64,000 nt of DNA from Bacteroidales bacterium (GTDB taxonomy: Bacteria; Bacteroidota; Bacteroidia; Bacteroidales; UBA12077): assembly GCA_027859205.1 (NCBI GenBank), contig JAQIBH010000183.1:12627-76626 (forward strand), written 5' to 3'. Below are positions 47,344 through 57,295 of the stretch, one piece after another. The notes under the pieces were generated by a model. The model was given only the letters and a program-made list of their open reading frames with translations. It was not told the origin of the DNA and made no database searches. Both the position numbers and the translations under genes were made by a program. Position 1 is the stretch's first letter, and every line of letters starts with the position of its first letter.

Positions 47344-48452
47344 AATACCAAAAAAGGTATATTTGTATGAAACAACACTTTTCTGGCTATACTAGGATTC
47401 AATAATTTCGAAATCATATTTCTTTTATGAGTAACTAACGAAATTATATCTATTCTCTTTTCTCGAATAAATTCCTGTACTCCCTTTAAAAAATTCTTTT
47501 CTTCGATCAAACTACACTCTATTTCATAGTCTGGATAATGAGAAAATAATTTTTCTCTAAGGCCGTTCATTTTTGCCTTATCCCAAACTTGACCTTCAGC
47601 CGAGCCAACATGTACACAATATAAACGAAATTCAAAAGGCGACATAATATACATAAGCTTCTTTAAAGCTTTATAGTCAGATTCATCAAAATCAGTTGCA
47701 TACATTATGTTAATAGTCGATATCCCCTCATATAATGAATCCTCAGGTATAACTAAAACCGGAACCTTGGCCTCTTCTATAATTTTTGCTGTTACGCTAC
47801 CAATTAAATCATTTTCCTTTTCTCCCTGTCCCCGAGTGCCAATAATTATTACGTCAGGTTTGTACTCTATGCTTTTAGCAATTATTTCCTCACTCGCAAA
47901 TCCTCGAACTAAAGCATAATCTAGTTTTACTCCTTGAATATTATCCTTTTCTATTTTATCTTTCAAATCTTTATAAAACTCCTCCATATTATTTTTAGCC
48001 CGCACTTCAATTTCTCTAATAATCTCATCCATATTAACCTGATAATAATAAGTGTCGGTTAAAGGCATAGAATTTACTACAGGATTATAATAAACATGAA
48101 TTAATTTTATCTCGGCATTCAGTTTTTCTGCAAGCCCTATAGCATATCGGCAAGCATTTACAGAATAATCGCTAAAATCAACCGGGACTAAAATTCTTTG
48201 GACATTTCTTAATACTACATCGGTTTCATTTTGATAATCGCATCGAAATTGATCGCTTACCTTTTCTACTATCCGTAAAGCTTTCTCTAAATCTCTTGAA
48301 CTTACCCGAACCTTCACTCCTCCCGCGATAACAGAATGTATGAGATTAATGTTTTTTAAATAACATTTGATTCCTTCGGCTTCGAGCCTTGTTCGAAGTA
48401 TTTCGGCCCGAGCGTAATTATGAACTGCTATTGTTATTAATTTATCTTCCAT
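47328..48452 (-). CDS. DUF2007-like N-terminal domain fused to tandem universal stress protein domains
   Basis: The N-terminal ~65 aa (LITIAVHNYARAEILRTRLEAEGIKCYLKN...VKVRVSSRDLEKALRIV) match the small 'putative signal-transducing' DUF2007 fold pattern. Two Usp-like halves follow (ILVPVDFSDYS...; IMYATDFDESD...). The 3' end overlaps ispD by 16 nt. Confidence 0.7.
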   Translation of the reverse strand: MEDKLITIAVHNYARAEILRTRLEAEGIKCYLKNINLIHSVIAGGVKVRVSSRDLEKALRIVEKVSDQFRCDYQNETDVVLRNVQRILVPVDFSDYSVNACRYAIGLAEKLNAEIKLIHVYYNPVVNSMPLTDTYYYQVNMDEIIREIEVRAKNNMEEFYKDLKDKIEKDNIQGVKLDYALVRGFASEEIIAKSIEYKPDVIIIGTRGQGEKENDLIGSVTAKIIEEAKVPVLVIPEDSLYEGISTINIMYATDFDESDYKALKKLMYIMSPFEFRLYCVHVGSAEGQVWDKAKMNGLREKLFSHYPDYEIECSLIEEKNFLKGVQEFIREKRIDIISLVTHKRNMISKLLNPSIARKVLFHTNIPFLVFHSNK

Positions 48453-48508
48453 AACTCAAATTTTAATTTGTTAGAAACAATAAGGTAATAACAGCAACTG
48501 TTAATAAA

Positions 48509-49291
48509 TTAAATATGCTCTATAGCGCCTATTTTTTCATAAAACTTATTCCCAAAAGCTTTTAAATTTTGTGGTAAGATCTCCAACAATTTTTCAAAAT
48601 TTGGAATTGCATCTCTATTTTCTACTATTTCCTTTGGATCTATTGGTGGAGGAGGCATAGAACATTTCCCTACATATGGCAATATTTGCCAACTTTCAGG
48701 ATTTTCCTTAAACATAGGAAGTAACTCGTATGCAATAATTAATAATTTGCCACGATTCACATTATTTTTCTGTCTTAATTTATTAACCTGATATTTAACC
48801 CATTCATTTGCAACCTGATATTTAACAATATCTACTTTACTAAAGGCTGCACCTAAGAGATTACTTTTATAGGAATCAAAATTGTACCAATAATCTTTTA
48901 ACTCATTATTCGGGGGATTTTTCTCCCATTTCGCACCTAACATATCTATGGCATAAAGAGCATACAAGTGACTTAAAAGCTGAATAAGCCAACTTCTCAT
49001 TCTTGGATCACAATAGATTCTACAAAGTTCTTGGGAAAACTGAAATGCAATTTGATTATAATTTAAATCGGAAACATTTAATGCAATTTTATAATAATCG
49101 TGACCTAAAGGCCAATAAAATGCTGGACCAGAAACTAAATCATTAACTAATTCAAGGGACTTAAAGCCTAAAGGAGGCCCGAAAGGAATTAGTCTGTCAG
49201 TTTCCTCAACAATGTCATTTATTACCATCATTAATTTTGCGTTTTCTTCATCCGTTGCAAAAACATTGCTTTTTATATCCCACTTTTCCAT
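48509..49291 (-). CDS. Hypothetical cytoplasmic protein (260 aa), family not recognised
   Basis: Long ORF with codon usage like its neighbours, and no signal peptide or TM helix. I recognise no motif. Confidence 0.5.
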   Translation of the reverse strand: MEKWDIKSNVFATDEENAKLMMVINDIVEETDRLIPFGPPLGFKSLELVNDLVSGPAFYWPLGHDYYKIALNVSDLNYNQIAFQFSQELCRIYCDPRMRSWLIQLLSHLYALYAIDMLGAKWEKNPPNNELKDYWYNFDSYKSNLLGAAFSKVDIVKYQVANEWVKYQVNKLRQKNNVNRGKLLIIAYELLPMFKENPESWQILPYVGKCSMPPPPIDPKEIVENRDAIPNFEKLLEILPQNLKAFGNKFYEKIGAIEHI

Positions 49292-49473
49292 AAGTTTCCT
49301 ATTTATTTTTGGTTAGGTTTATTATATCTACTCAGCTTTGAGTAGATTGCAAGAGGCTAAGGTTATAATTCAATTTTTATAATATACAAATAATCACTTT
49401 TAAAATCAAGTAAAATTCTTGGTTTTTGTCATTTATATAACAGAATATGTATTTTTTATCATCTGAAAAATAT

Positions 49474-49481
49474 TATTTTTG
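49474..49481 (+). promoter_or_regulatory. Candidate -7 promoter box (TATTTTTG) for asnS
   Basis: Matches TAnnTTTG 27 nt upstream of the ATG at 49508. Confidence 0.35.
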
Positions 49482-49507
49482 TGTGATTAATTATATTATA
49501 CTGTCTC

Positions 49508-50953
49508 ATGGAACAAAGAAGAAGTTTTATTAAAGATTTACTACATTCAAAGGGCGTTAGTCGCGAAGTAAATGCGAAAGGTTGGGTAAGAACCAAACGA
49601 GGAAATAAACAAATAGCTTTTGTGGCTTTAAATGATGGATCAACTATTAATAATATCCAAGTAGTAATTGATGTTGCTTCTTTCAACGAAGATCAAATAA
49701 AAAACATAACAACTGGTGCAAGCATTAGCGTTAATGGCACTCTTGTTAAATCAATGGGGCAAGAGCAAAGTGTAGAAATTCAGGCTAAAGAAATTGAAGT
49801 TTATGGTACTGCTGATCCTGAAACTTACCCTTTACAAAAGAAAGGTCATACATTGGAATTTTTGCGTGAAATTGCCCATTTTAGATTCCGCACAAACACT
49901 TTCGGAGCAATATTTAGAATTCGTCATGCAATGTCTTTCGCTATACATAAATTTTTTAACGATAATAACTTTTTTTATTTACATACTCCAATTGTAACGG
50001 GATCAGATGCTGAAGGTGCCGGTGAGATGTTTCGTGTTTCGACTTTGGATCCTAAAAATCCTCCAAAAACTGAAGATGGCAAGATAGATTACTCTGAAGA
50101 TTTTTTTGGCAAAGAAACAAACTTAACAGTTTCAGGACAATTGGAAGCAGAATTGGGTGCAACAGCATTATCAAACGTTTATACATTTGGACCTACTTTC
50201 AGAGCCGAAAACTCAAATACTCCAAGACATTTGGCTGAATTTTGGATGATAGAACCAGAAATGGCTTTTTATGATATTCAGGACAATATGGATTTAGCTG
50301 AAAAATTACTGAAATATGTGGTTAAGTATGCTTTAGATAACTGTATCGATGATCTTAAATTTCTTGAAAAAAGGTTGTTGGATGAAGAAAAATCAAAACC
50401 TGAAAAAGAAAGATCTGAAATGCCATTAATCGAAAAACTTCAATTTATTTTTGAAACTGATTTTATTCGATTAAGCTATACTGAAGCAATTGATGTGCTT
50501 AAAAATTCAAAACCTGCCAAAAAAGGGAAGTTTCAATTTCCTGTTGAATGGGGAATTGATTTACAATCGGAGCACGAACGTTATTTAGTTGAAAAACATT
50601 ACAAAAAGCCAGTGATATTAATTGATTATCCTAAAGATATTAAGGCATTTTATATGAAACAAAACGAGGATAATAAAACCGTTCGTGCAATGGATGTTCT
50701 TTTCCCAGGGATAGGAGAAATAATTGGTGGATCGCAGAGAGAAGAAGATTATGATAAATTAAAGAACCGTATTTCTGAAATGGGAATTCCTGAAAAGGAT
50801 ATGTGGTGGTATCTTGAAACAAGGAAGTTTGGTACGGTTCCTCATAGTGGGTTTGGATTGGGTTTCGAAAGATTAATTTTGTTTATTACGGGAATGTCGA
50901 ATATCCGTGATGTAATTCCTTTTCCCAGAACGCCTAAAAATGCAGAATTTTAA
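49508..50953 (+). CDS. asnS: Asparagine--tRNA ligase
   Basis: N-terminal OB-fold anticodon-binding domain ([25 protein letters not shown]) and class II motifs ([21 protein letters not shown]; GFGLGFERL). Confidence 0.95.
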   Translation: MEQRRSFIKDLLHSKGVSREVNAKGWVRTKRGNKQIAFVALNDGSTINNIQVVIDVASFNEDQIKNITTGASISVNGTLVKSMGQEQSVEIQAKEIEVYGTADPETYPLQKKGHTLEFLREIAHFRFRTNTFGAIFRIRHAMSFAIHKFFNDNNFFYLHTPIVTGSDAEGAGEMFRVSTLDPKNPPKTEDGKIDYSEDFFGKETNLTVSGQLEAELGATALSNVYTFGPTFRAENSNTPRHLAEFWMIEPEMAFYDIQDNMDLAEKLLKYVVKYALDNCIDDLKFLEKRLLDEEKSKPEKERSEMPLIEKLQFIFETDFIRLSYTEAIDVLKNSKPAKKGKFQFPVEWGIDLQSEHERYLVEKHYKKPVILIDYPKDIKAFYMKQNEDNKTVRAMDVLFPGIGEIIGGSQREEDYDKLKNRISEMGIPEKDMWWYLETRKFGTVPHSGFGLGFERLILFITGMSNIRDVIPFPRTPKNAEF

Positions 50954-50983
50954 GTAAATTTAAAGAAATATTTTGCACAGGAA

Positions 50984-52438
50984 ATGTTAAAACAAAGTTT
51001 ACAACAAAAACTATTACAGAAGCTTTCGCCTCAGCAAATTCAAATGATTAAGCTGTTGGAGATTCCAACTATTCAGCTTGAGCAGAGAATTAAAAAAGAG
51101 ATGGAAGAAAATCCTGTGCTCGAAGAAGGAAAAGATGAAGAGTTTCAAGATGAAAGTGAAGAAGAAGTAACTGAAGATAATATTGAAAATGATATTGATG
51201 AGTTCTCCCTTGATGATTATATAAATGAAGAGGATACACCTTCTTATAAATTATCTGCGAACAATTATTCGAAAGATGATAAAAAAGATGACATTCCTTT
51301 CTCTATTGGAATATCATTTCATGAACATTTGCAAAATCAAATTGGATTAAAACACCTTACCGAAAAAGAAGAAATATTAGCTCTGTATTTAATCGGGAAT
51401 ATTGATGATGATGGATATGTTCGTCGAAAACTTGAGTCAATAGTTAATGATCTAGCATTTTCCCAAAACATTGAAACAAATGAAGACGAAATTCTTAAAG
51501 TATTAAGAATAATTCAAGATTTAGAACCTTTAGGTGTTGGGGCGCGTACTTTACAGGAATGTTTATTAAAACAGATTGAAAACAAGGATCAAAAAATTCC
51601 AGAAATTAACTTATCTCGAAAAATTTTGAAATATTATTTCATTGAGTTTACAAAAAAGCATTATGATAAAATAATTACCCGTTTGAATATCTCAGAGGAA
51701 GAACTAAAAGCATCTATTAATGAAATATTAAAATTAAACCCCAGACCGGGAAGTAGTTTTAATGATTCTTCTGTTGCAATACAAACATTGGTTCCGGATT
51801 TTATTCTTGATAGCAATGAAGGCGTATTGTTATTGTCGCTAAATGCAAAAAATGTTCCTGAGCTCAAATTGAGTTATACTTATACTGAAATGCTTCAATC
51901 TTATTCGCAAAAAAATAAGAATGAAAAAACCAAAAGCGATAAAGAGGCAATTACATTTGTAAAACAAAAACTAGATTCGGCAAAGTGGTTTATTGATGCC
52001 ATTAAACAACGTCAAAATACTTTGTTACTTACAATGAATGCTATAATTGAATATCAGCATCAATATTTCCTTGAAGGAGACGAATCAATGCTTAAACCAA
52101 TGATTCTTAAAGACATTGCGGAAATTACAAATTTAGACATCTCGACCATTTCACGCGTTGCAAATAGTAAATATATACAAACACACTTTGGCATATACTC
52201 ATTAAAATACTTTTTTTCTGAAGGTCTACAAACAGATTCTGGTGAAGAAGTTTCAACTCGCGAAATTAAATCAATACTAAAAGAATGTATTGAAAACGAA
52301 GAAAAGAAAAAGCCCTTAACTGATGATAAACTTACTGAGTTTTTAAAAGATAAAGGATATCAAATTGCCAGAAGAACAGTTGCAAAATACCGAGAACAAT
52401 TAAATCTCCCTGTTGCCCGACTAAGAAAAGAACTATAA
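50984..52438 (+). CDS. rpoN: RNA polymerase sigma-54 factor
   Basis: Region I (LKQSLQQKLLQKLSPQQIQMIKLLEIP), an acidic region II, an HTH, and the C-terminal RpoN box (ARRTVAKYRE). Confidence 0.95.
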   Translation: MLKQSLQQKLLQKLSPQQIQMIKLLEIPTIQLEQRIKKEMEENPVLEEGKDEEFQDESEEEVTEDNIENDIDEFSLDDYINEEDTPSYKLSANNYSKDDKKDDIPFSIGISFHEHLQNQIGLKHLTEKEEILALYLIGNIDDDGYVRRKLESIVNDLAFSQNIETNEDEILKVLRIIQDLEPLGVGARTLQECLLKQIENKDQKIPEINLSRKILKYYFIEFTKKHYDKIITRLNISEEELKASINEILKLNPRPGSSFNDSSVAIQTLVPDFILDSNEGVLLLSLNAKNVPELKLSYTYTEMLQSYSQKNKNEKTKSDKEAITFVKQKLDSAKWFIDAIKQRQNTLLLTMNAIIEYQHQYFLEGDESMLKPMILKDIAEITNLDISTISRVANSKYIQTHFGIYSLKYFFSEGLQTDSGEEVSTREIKSILKECIENEEKKKPLTDDKLTEFLKDKGYQIARRTVAKYREQLNLPVARLRKEL

Positions 52439-52440
52439 AT

Positions 52441-53049
52441 ATGGGAACAAAAGCGGCTAGAATATTCTCAATACTATTTCATCCCTTATTACTTCCCAGT
52501 ATTGGTATAATAATTTTATATAATTCCGGTTCGGTCCTTGAATATCTTCCTTTTCAAGCTAAAAAAATAATTTTACTTGTTGTAGCTGTTAGCACTTTTG
52601 TTTTACCATTAACATTTGTTCCTTTCTTTATTTTTCAAAAAATAATAAAGAATATGCAAATGCAAAATAACAAAGAACGACTAATTCCATTCTTTGTAAG
52701 CTTTGCATTATACTTTTTTTGCTTTTATTTATTACGCAGATTAGGAGCGCCACAAACCATTACAAAATTTATTTTAGCTGCTTCGTGTTCTGTATTAATC
52801 CTTTTTTTGCTGTCGTTTAAATGGAAAATAAGCGCTCATGCAACAGGAATAGGTGGATTTACCGGCGCACTAATTGCTATTTCGTTTAGGCTAAACGTAA
52901 ATCTTGAGTATTTTATAATTACCGCAATAATTGTTTCGGGAATAGTTGGCTATTCAAGATTAATGCTTAAATCACACGAACCATATCAAATATATATTGG
53001 TTGGTTAACTGGGTTTTGTACTTCGTTGTTTATTATATATTTCTTTTAA
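52441..53049 (+). CDS. Integral membrane protein, possibly PAP2-superfamily phosphatase-like
   Basis: About six TM helices. ISAHATG resembles the PAP2 C2 motif (SGH), and YSRLMLKSHEPYQ resembles the C3 motif (SRx5Hx3D, with Q in place of D). No clear C1 motif (KX6RP). It begins 2 nt after the rpoN stop. Confidence 0.45.
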   Translation: MGTKAARIFSILFHPLLLPSIGIIILYNSGSVLEYLPFQAKKIILLVVAVSTFVLPLTFVPFFIFQKIIKNMQMQNNKERLIPFFVSFALYFFCFYLLRRLGAPQTITKFILAASCSVLILFLLSFKWKISAHATGIGGFTGALIAISFRLNVNLEYFIITAIIVSGIVGYSRLMLKSHEPYQIYIGWLTGFCTSLFIIYFF

Positions 53050-54105
53050 CGCAATAATTCTTTTCTCTAATGTATTAGTTTTGTGTAGTTGCATCCGTGG
53101 GAAATCGATAACGTTACTCATGATTTTCATTGCATTAAACTCTTGTTGAGAAACAAAGTAAAACATGCCCCTTCTATATAAATAATCTGCTAAATATTCT
53201 TGTTCAGTCTGACCGGGAGTGGGAACAAATACCGCTTTCTTTTTCAATAAAAACAAATCCATAACCGAACTATAACCAGACCGACACACTATTAATTCCG
53301 CAGTTGATATTAAACTATAAAGCTCCTCTGTATTTATAATATCATACACAGGAAATTTAAATTCATTCTTACGCTTTTCGGTTGTACCCCGCACTATTCC
53401 ACACTTCAATCCGGAATTTATAGTTTGTTTGTAAATCTTATTTTCGAAAATACTTCGTTGCGGTTCCGGTCCCGATAAAATATAAAGAACATCAAGTGTA
53501 ACATTTGTTTTTTCTGGTTTTATATCTGCAAACTTTGATAAGGGTCCAATAAAATAAATGTTCCGTAATTTGCATTTTATATGTGATAATTCCCCCGATA
53601 AGTTAACATCACCTCTATAGTCGGGTATCCAACATTCGTCATAATTTTTTATTAAATGATGAGAAATAAACTGGTAAGTTGGTTCAAGAAATCTTAGTAA
53701 GCCCGGAAATTTAATCTTTAATTGATGTGTCATAAAAATATTATATGTGCTTTTATTCCACAATCCAAATCTGTTATCTGAAAAAACAATATCAATATTA
53801 TTTTCTTTGATTACCGATTTAAGAGCTCTGTGTTCCTTTATTATACAGAAAATAATTTTAGGAATTAACACAAGCATTTTTAAAACTTGTGAGCGGTATT
53901 TTGAAAACCGAATAGAATAACTTGGGAAATCAATTATTTGTAAATTTGGGAATTCGCGTAGTAATAATTCATATGTATAACCGCTCGATGCAATTATTGG
54001 CTCAAAATTATGCTTTATAAGCAATCTTATTAAAGGCACATCTCTTGCTGCATGACCTAAACCCCAATCTAAAGGGCAAATTAATATTCTTTTTTTTTCG
54101 TTCAT
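53005..54105 (-). CDS. GT-B fold glycosyltransferase (MGT/GT28-like family)
   Basis: N-terminal RILICPLDWGLGHAARDVPLIRLL (G-x-GH motif) and a C-terminal nucleotide-sugar-binding half (VCRSGYSSVMDL...VPTPGQTEQEYLA). Confidence 0.8.
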   Translation of the reverse strand: MNEKKRILICPLDWGLGHAARDVPLIRLLIKHNFEPIIASSGYTYELLLREFPNLQIIDFPSYSIRFSKYRSQVLKMLVLIPKIIFCIIKEHRALKSVIKENNIDIVFSDNRFGLWNKSTYNIFMTHQLKIKFPGLLRFLEPTYQFISHHLIKNYDECWIPDYRGDVNLSGELSHIKCKLRNIYFIGPLSKFADIKPEKTNVTLDVLYILSGPEPQRSIFENKIYKQTINSGLKCGIVRGTTEKRKNEFKFPVYDIINTEELYSLISTAELIVCRSGYSSVMDLFLLKKKAVFVPTPGQTEQEYLADYLYRRGMFYFVSQQEFNAMKIMSNVIDFPRMQLHKTNTLEKRIIALKEIYNKQRSTKPS

Positions 54106-54246
54106 TAAGTCGCAAATTACTCAAATTAATTATATTTTTGATTACTTGATTCAAAATATAATAATTAAATTTCAAGCGATTTCCTCTAAACATCAACCCT
54201 TTGAATTGGCAATGACATTTATCATTTTATTTAAGAATGATCGCAT

Positions 54247-54254
54247 TAAATTTG
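54247..54254 (+). promoter_or_regulatory. Candidate -7 promoter box (TAAATTTG) for the hemerythrin gene
   Basis: Matches TAnnTTTG 24 nt upstream of the ATG at 54278. Confidence 0.35.
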
Positions 54255-54277
54255 TATGATTATAAAAACCTGTTATA

Positions 54278-54703
54278 ATGGAAAATAGAGTTAGTCCGGA
54301 GCCTTTTAAATGGAAAGAAGAATATACTGTTAACATTACGGTAATTGATGAACAGCACAAAAAGTTCTTGGAAATAATTAATGAGTTAAAAATAATTATT
54401 AATAGTAACTCATGCCAAACAAAAGTTTCTGGTGTATTTTTTCAATTAGCTTATTTAATAGACTTTTATTTTATTAAAGAGGAGATCTATTTTAATGATC
54501 TAAAATATCCAAATATTGAACAACACAAATTAGCACATAAAAAATTCATTGATCGTATTATTCAATTTCAAAAAGATGTTGAGAATAATAAACCAAATTT
54601 ATGTTTAGATATATATAAATATCTTGAAAACTGGTTTGATGAACATATTCTTAAATATGATAAAGAGGCAGTTGATTATTTGCTAAAAGGTGGTGTGAAT
54701 TAA
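54278..54703 (+). CDS. Bacteriohemerythrin (hemerythrin-like metal-binding protein)
   Basis: FKWKEEYTVNITVIDEQHKKFLEIINEL, then HKLAHKKFIDRI and WFDEHILKYDKE, which together give the His/Glu/Asp iron-ligand pattern. Confidence 0.85.
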   Translation: MENRVSPEPFKWKEEYTVNITVIDEQHKKFLEIINELKIIINSNSCQTKVSGVFFQLAYLIDFYFIKEEIYFNDLKYPNIEQHKLAHKKFIDRIIQFQKDVENNKPNLCLDIYKYLENWFDEHILKYDKEAVDYLLKGGVN

Positions 54704-55884
54704 ATAAGAACTTTGACTTCGCTTTTCTCGGTAATATTCATTTTTTCGAAATCGAAATTCGATATTAAATTAAGGCCCGGTGCTTTTCCTCGTTCAATGC
54801 TTCCAAATTTATTATCAATTTTTAAAGCTTTAGCTCCATTTAATGTACCCCAACTAAGGAGCTTTTCAAAATTAAAATCATCATAATTCTTAATAATAAT
54901 TTTCATTTCGTCTAATATAGATAAGCTTGTGTTAGAAGCCAAGCTATCTGTGCCCAGTGTAACATTTTGTGCTAATTCAGCAAACAGCTTAATTTCAGGT
55001 AGTTTGTTTTCTATATATAAATTTGATGTCGGACATAAACACCAATAAGCATTTTTAAATTTTTTGTTAACTAACTCAATGTCTGCTTTTTTGGAATAGG
55101 TATTATGTACGAACAGAATGTTATTACTTTGAGGTAACCAACCAATAATTGATTCCAATGAATTTTTACCTGTTGGTTTCCATTCTTTTAAATCGATTCC
55201 TATTTTTTCAAAAAACTTAACCAAATCTCCTGATTTATCAATAAAGATCTGGTTCTCGGAATCACTTTCCTGATTATGAATTGACAGAATGGCGTTACTG
55301 GCTTCAGAAAATTCTTTTATTTTTTGAAATAATTCTTTTGAAACAGAATAAGGAGAGTGCGGAACTATTGAAGCTCTTAATTCGTTTTGATTAAAATCTT
55401 TAAATAATTTTTTATTAGACTCGAAAATTTCATTTGAATTGTCTCCTAAACCCAATGCTTCCACAAATGTATGATAATATATTCGGCTACTCTTTTTAAT
55501 TTTTATCGTTATTCCTGTATTTGATATATCACCAATTGCAACAATCCCATTACGCCTCATTAAACTATCATATAATTCTATTGATTTAGCTGAATTATCA
55601 CTTTTTTCTTTCCGCTTATAATTAACTATGTCGTTTAAGAAATTTGGGAGACCTTTATTCTGCAGTAGTTCATCTTTTAATTCAGACAACTCTAAATGAC
55701 AATGTGTATTAACAAAACCCGGAGTAATTATGCCATTATAAAATTCTAAATTTCGTGATTCTCTTAATTCTCCTTTTGTATCAATAACATTTAGAACTTC
55801 TCCGTTGTCATTTATTTCTACAATACCATTTTTAAAAGGTGAACCATTTACAGGATATATATAGTTTGCAGAGAATCGTCTCAT
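54700..55884 (-). CDS. Amidohydrolase-family metal-dependent hydrolase
   Basis: GFVNTHCHLELS (HxH metal motif), later His residues (IHNQES, VHNTY) and GTDSLASN (Asp). The substrate cannot be assigned from the sequence. Confidence 0.8.
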   Translation of the reverse strand: MRRFSANYIYPVNGSPFKNGIVEINDNGEVLNVIDTKGELRESRNLEFYNGIITPGFVNTHCHLELSELKDELLQNKGLPNFLNDIVNYKRKEKSDNSAKSIELYDSLMRRNGIVAIGDISNTGITIKIKKSSRIYYHTFVEALGLGDNSNEIFESNKKLFKDFNQNELRASIVPHSPYSVSKELFQKIKEFSEASNAILSIHNQESDSENQIFIDKSGDLVKFFEKIGIDLKEWKPTGKNSLESIIGWLPQSNNILFVHNTYSKKADIELVNKKFKNAYWCLCPTSNLYIENKLPEIKLFAELAQNVTLGTDSLASNTSLSILDEMKIIIKNYDDFNFEKLLSWGTLNGAKALKIDNKFGSIERGKAPGLNLISNFDFEKMNITEKSEVKVLI

Positions 55885-56312
55885 TATTGTTTTTCCTTTT
55901 TCTTCTTACTATTTTCTTTCTTCTCTAGTTCTCTTTTCTTTCTTCTTTCTTCTTTCTTAGCCTCTTCCTCGACACTTTCCTGTTTTACAATAGTTTCCAT
56001 TTCGTTTAGCTTATTAAGAACATCTTCATAAATTTTGTCGAATTGGTCAATGTTTTTACTATAAAAATAAATGGACGTATCAAAATCAGAACGGGAGTAT
56101 CCGTAGTTTGTAAAAATAACATCATAGTTGCTTATGGAATCTTTTGCGAGTTTTCTTCGAACATTACTCATAGTATTTAAACCGTCCATAATATGGATGT
56201 CCGTGATAATATTAACCATCTTATCTTGAGGGATAACATAGTCGGGGCTTTTAGATTCTTTTGCACATGCAGATAAAAATATAACTACTATGATAAAAAC
56301 AGTTTTTTTCAT
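55884..56312 (-). CDS. DUF4296-domain lipoprotein with a Lys/Glu-rich tail
   Basis: Lipobox VIFLSAC, a DUF4296-like core (IPQDKMVNIITDIHIMDG...YFYSKNIDQFDKIYEDVLNKL) and a C-terminal EEEAKKEERRKKRELEKKENSKKKKEKQ tail. Confidence 0.7.
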   Translation of the reverse strand: MKKTVFIIVVIFLSACAKESKSPDYVIPQDKMVNIITDIHIMDGLNTMSNVRRKLAKDSISNYDVIFTNYGYSRSDFDTSIYFYSKNIDQFDKIYEDVLNKLNEMETIVKQESVEEEAKKEERRKKRELEKKENSKKKKEKQ

Positions 56313-56338
56313 CTTTGCTAAATTATTAATTTACAAAT

Positions 56339-56363
56339 AAAAAAACCGGCTAAAACGGCCGGT
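56339..56363 (-). terminator. Rho-independent terminator after the PorP/SprF gene
   Basis: The minus strand reads ACCGGCCGTTTTAGCCGGT followed by T7. The stem is 6 bp (CCGGC/GCCGG plus one A-T pair), 23 nt after the stop at 56386. Confidence 0.75.
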
Positions 56364-56385
56364 ATATTCTTTTACAAATGCCTAA

Positions 56386-57294
56386 TTATTTAATACTATT
56401 AAACTTATAAACAAGCATTATCTCTAATGTGCTTCCAGAATACTTTCTTATATCAGATACGGTAATATCATATGCTATTCCTAAAGAAATTAAATTATAG
56501 TTATATCCTGCCATGACAACAATTGCATCGCTTGTTCTATAAGATAATCCAAACCATGCCACTTGATTATAAAATAGTGTCGCAGTTATGTCGGCTTGCA
56601 CAACTCCAGGGCTTGAATATTTAATTAATACTGATGGAGAAAGAATAAACTCCTTGGTTAAAATAAAATTTGCTCCTCCAGTCAAATAAATATGTTGTGT
56701 AAGTCTGCTTATTCCCTGTATAGTATCACCCGACTCATATAAATTGTACTTATTTCCTAATAGCTGATGAGCCGATAAACCAACATAATAATAAGATGTC
56801 CATGCATAAATACCTGCGGTAGCGTCAAGCATCGTTTTTTTATCAACTGTACTATTCATAAGAGGATCATAGACGGTAGGATCAGAGGTAAGTTTTGATC
56901 TATCAAGTTTATATTGAAACATCCCAAATGAAATCCCTCCTGATATTCTCCATTCATCAGTTATTTGCATATTATATGCATAAGTGCCACCTAAGGACAA
57001 TCTACCTTCAGGGCCGGTAACATCATTATAAATATAACCGCCATATCCCATTTCTCTTTCCTTAAAAGGTCCATATCCTGAAATACTCATTGTTTGTGGT
57101 CCACCTTTTATTCCGATCCACTGATTTCGAAAATTACCTCTTATCTGAAAATAATTAAATGTTCCGGCTACGGCAGGATTGATCATATACTCATTAAACA
57201 TATATTGAGAATACATTGATGTTTGTTGTGCATTTACGGGATTAATAAACACAAAACTTATAGAAATAAATAATATTAATTTTAAGCTTCTCAT
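56386..57294 (-). CDS. PorP/SprF-family type IX secretion system outer-membrane protein
   Basis: Signal peptide, the N-terminal motif MYSQYMFNEYMINPAVAG, a beta-barrel-like remainder, and a length of 302 aa. The ATG lies 1 nt after the adhesin stop. Confidence 0.9.
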   Translation of the reverse strand: MRSLKLILFISISFVFINPVNAQQTSMYSQYMFNEYMINPAVAGTFNYFQIRGNFRNQWIGIKGGPQTMSISGYGPFKEREMGYGGYIYNDVTGPEGRLSLGGTYAYNMQITDEWRISGGISFGMFQYKLDRSKLTSDPTVYDPLMNSTVDKKTMLDATAGIYAWTSYYYVGLSAHQLLGNKYNLYESGDTIQGISRLTQHIYLTGGANFILTKEFILSPSVLIKYSSPGVVQADITATLFYNQVAWFGLSYRTSDAIVVMAGYNYNLISLGIAYDITVSDIRKYSGSTLEIMLVYKFNSIK

Positions 57295-57295
57295 G

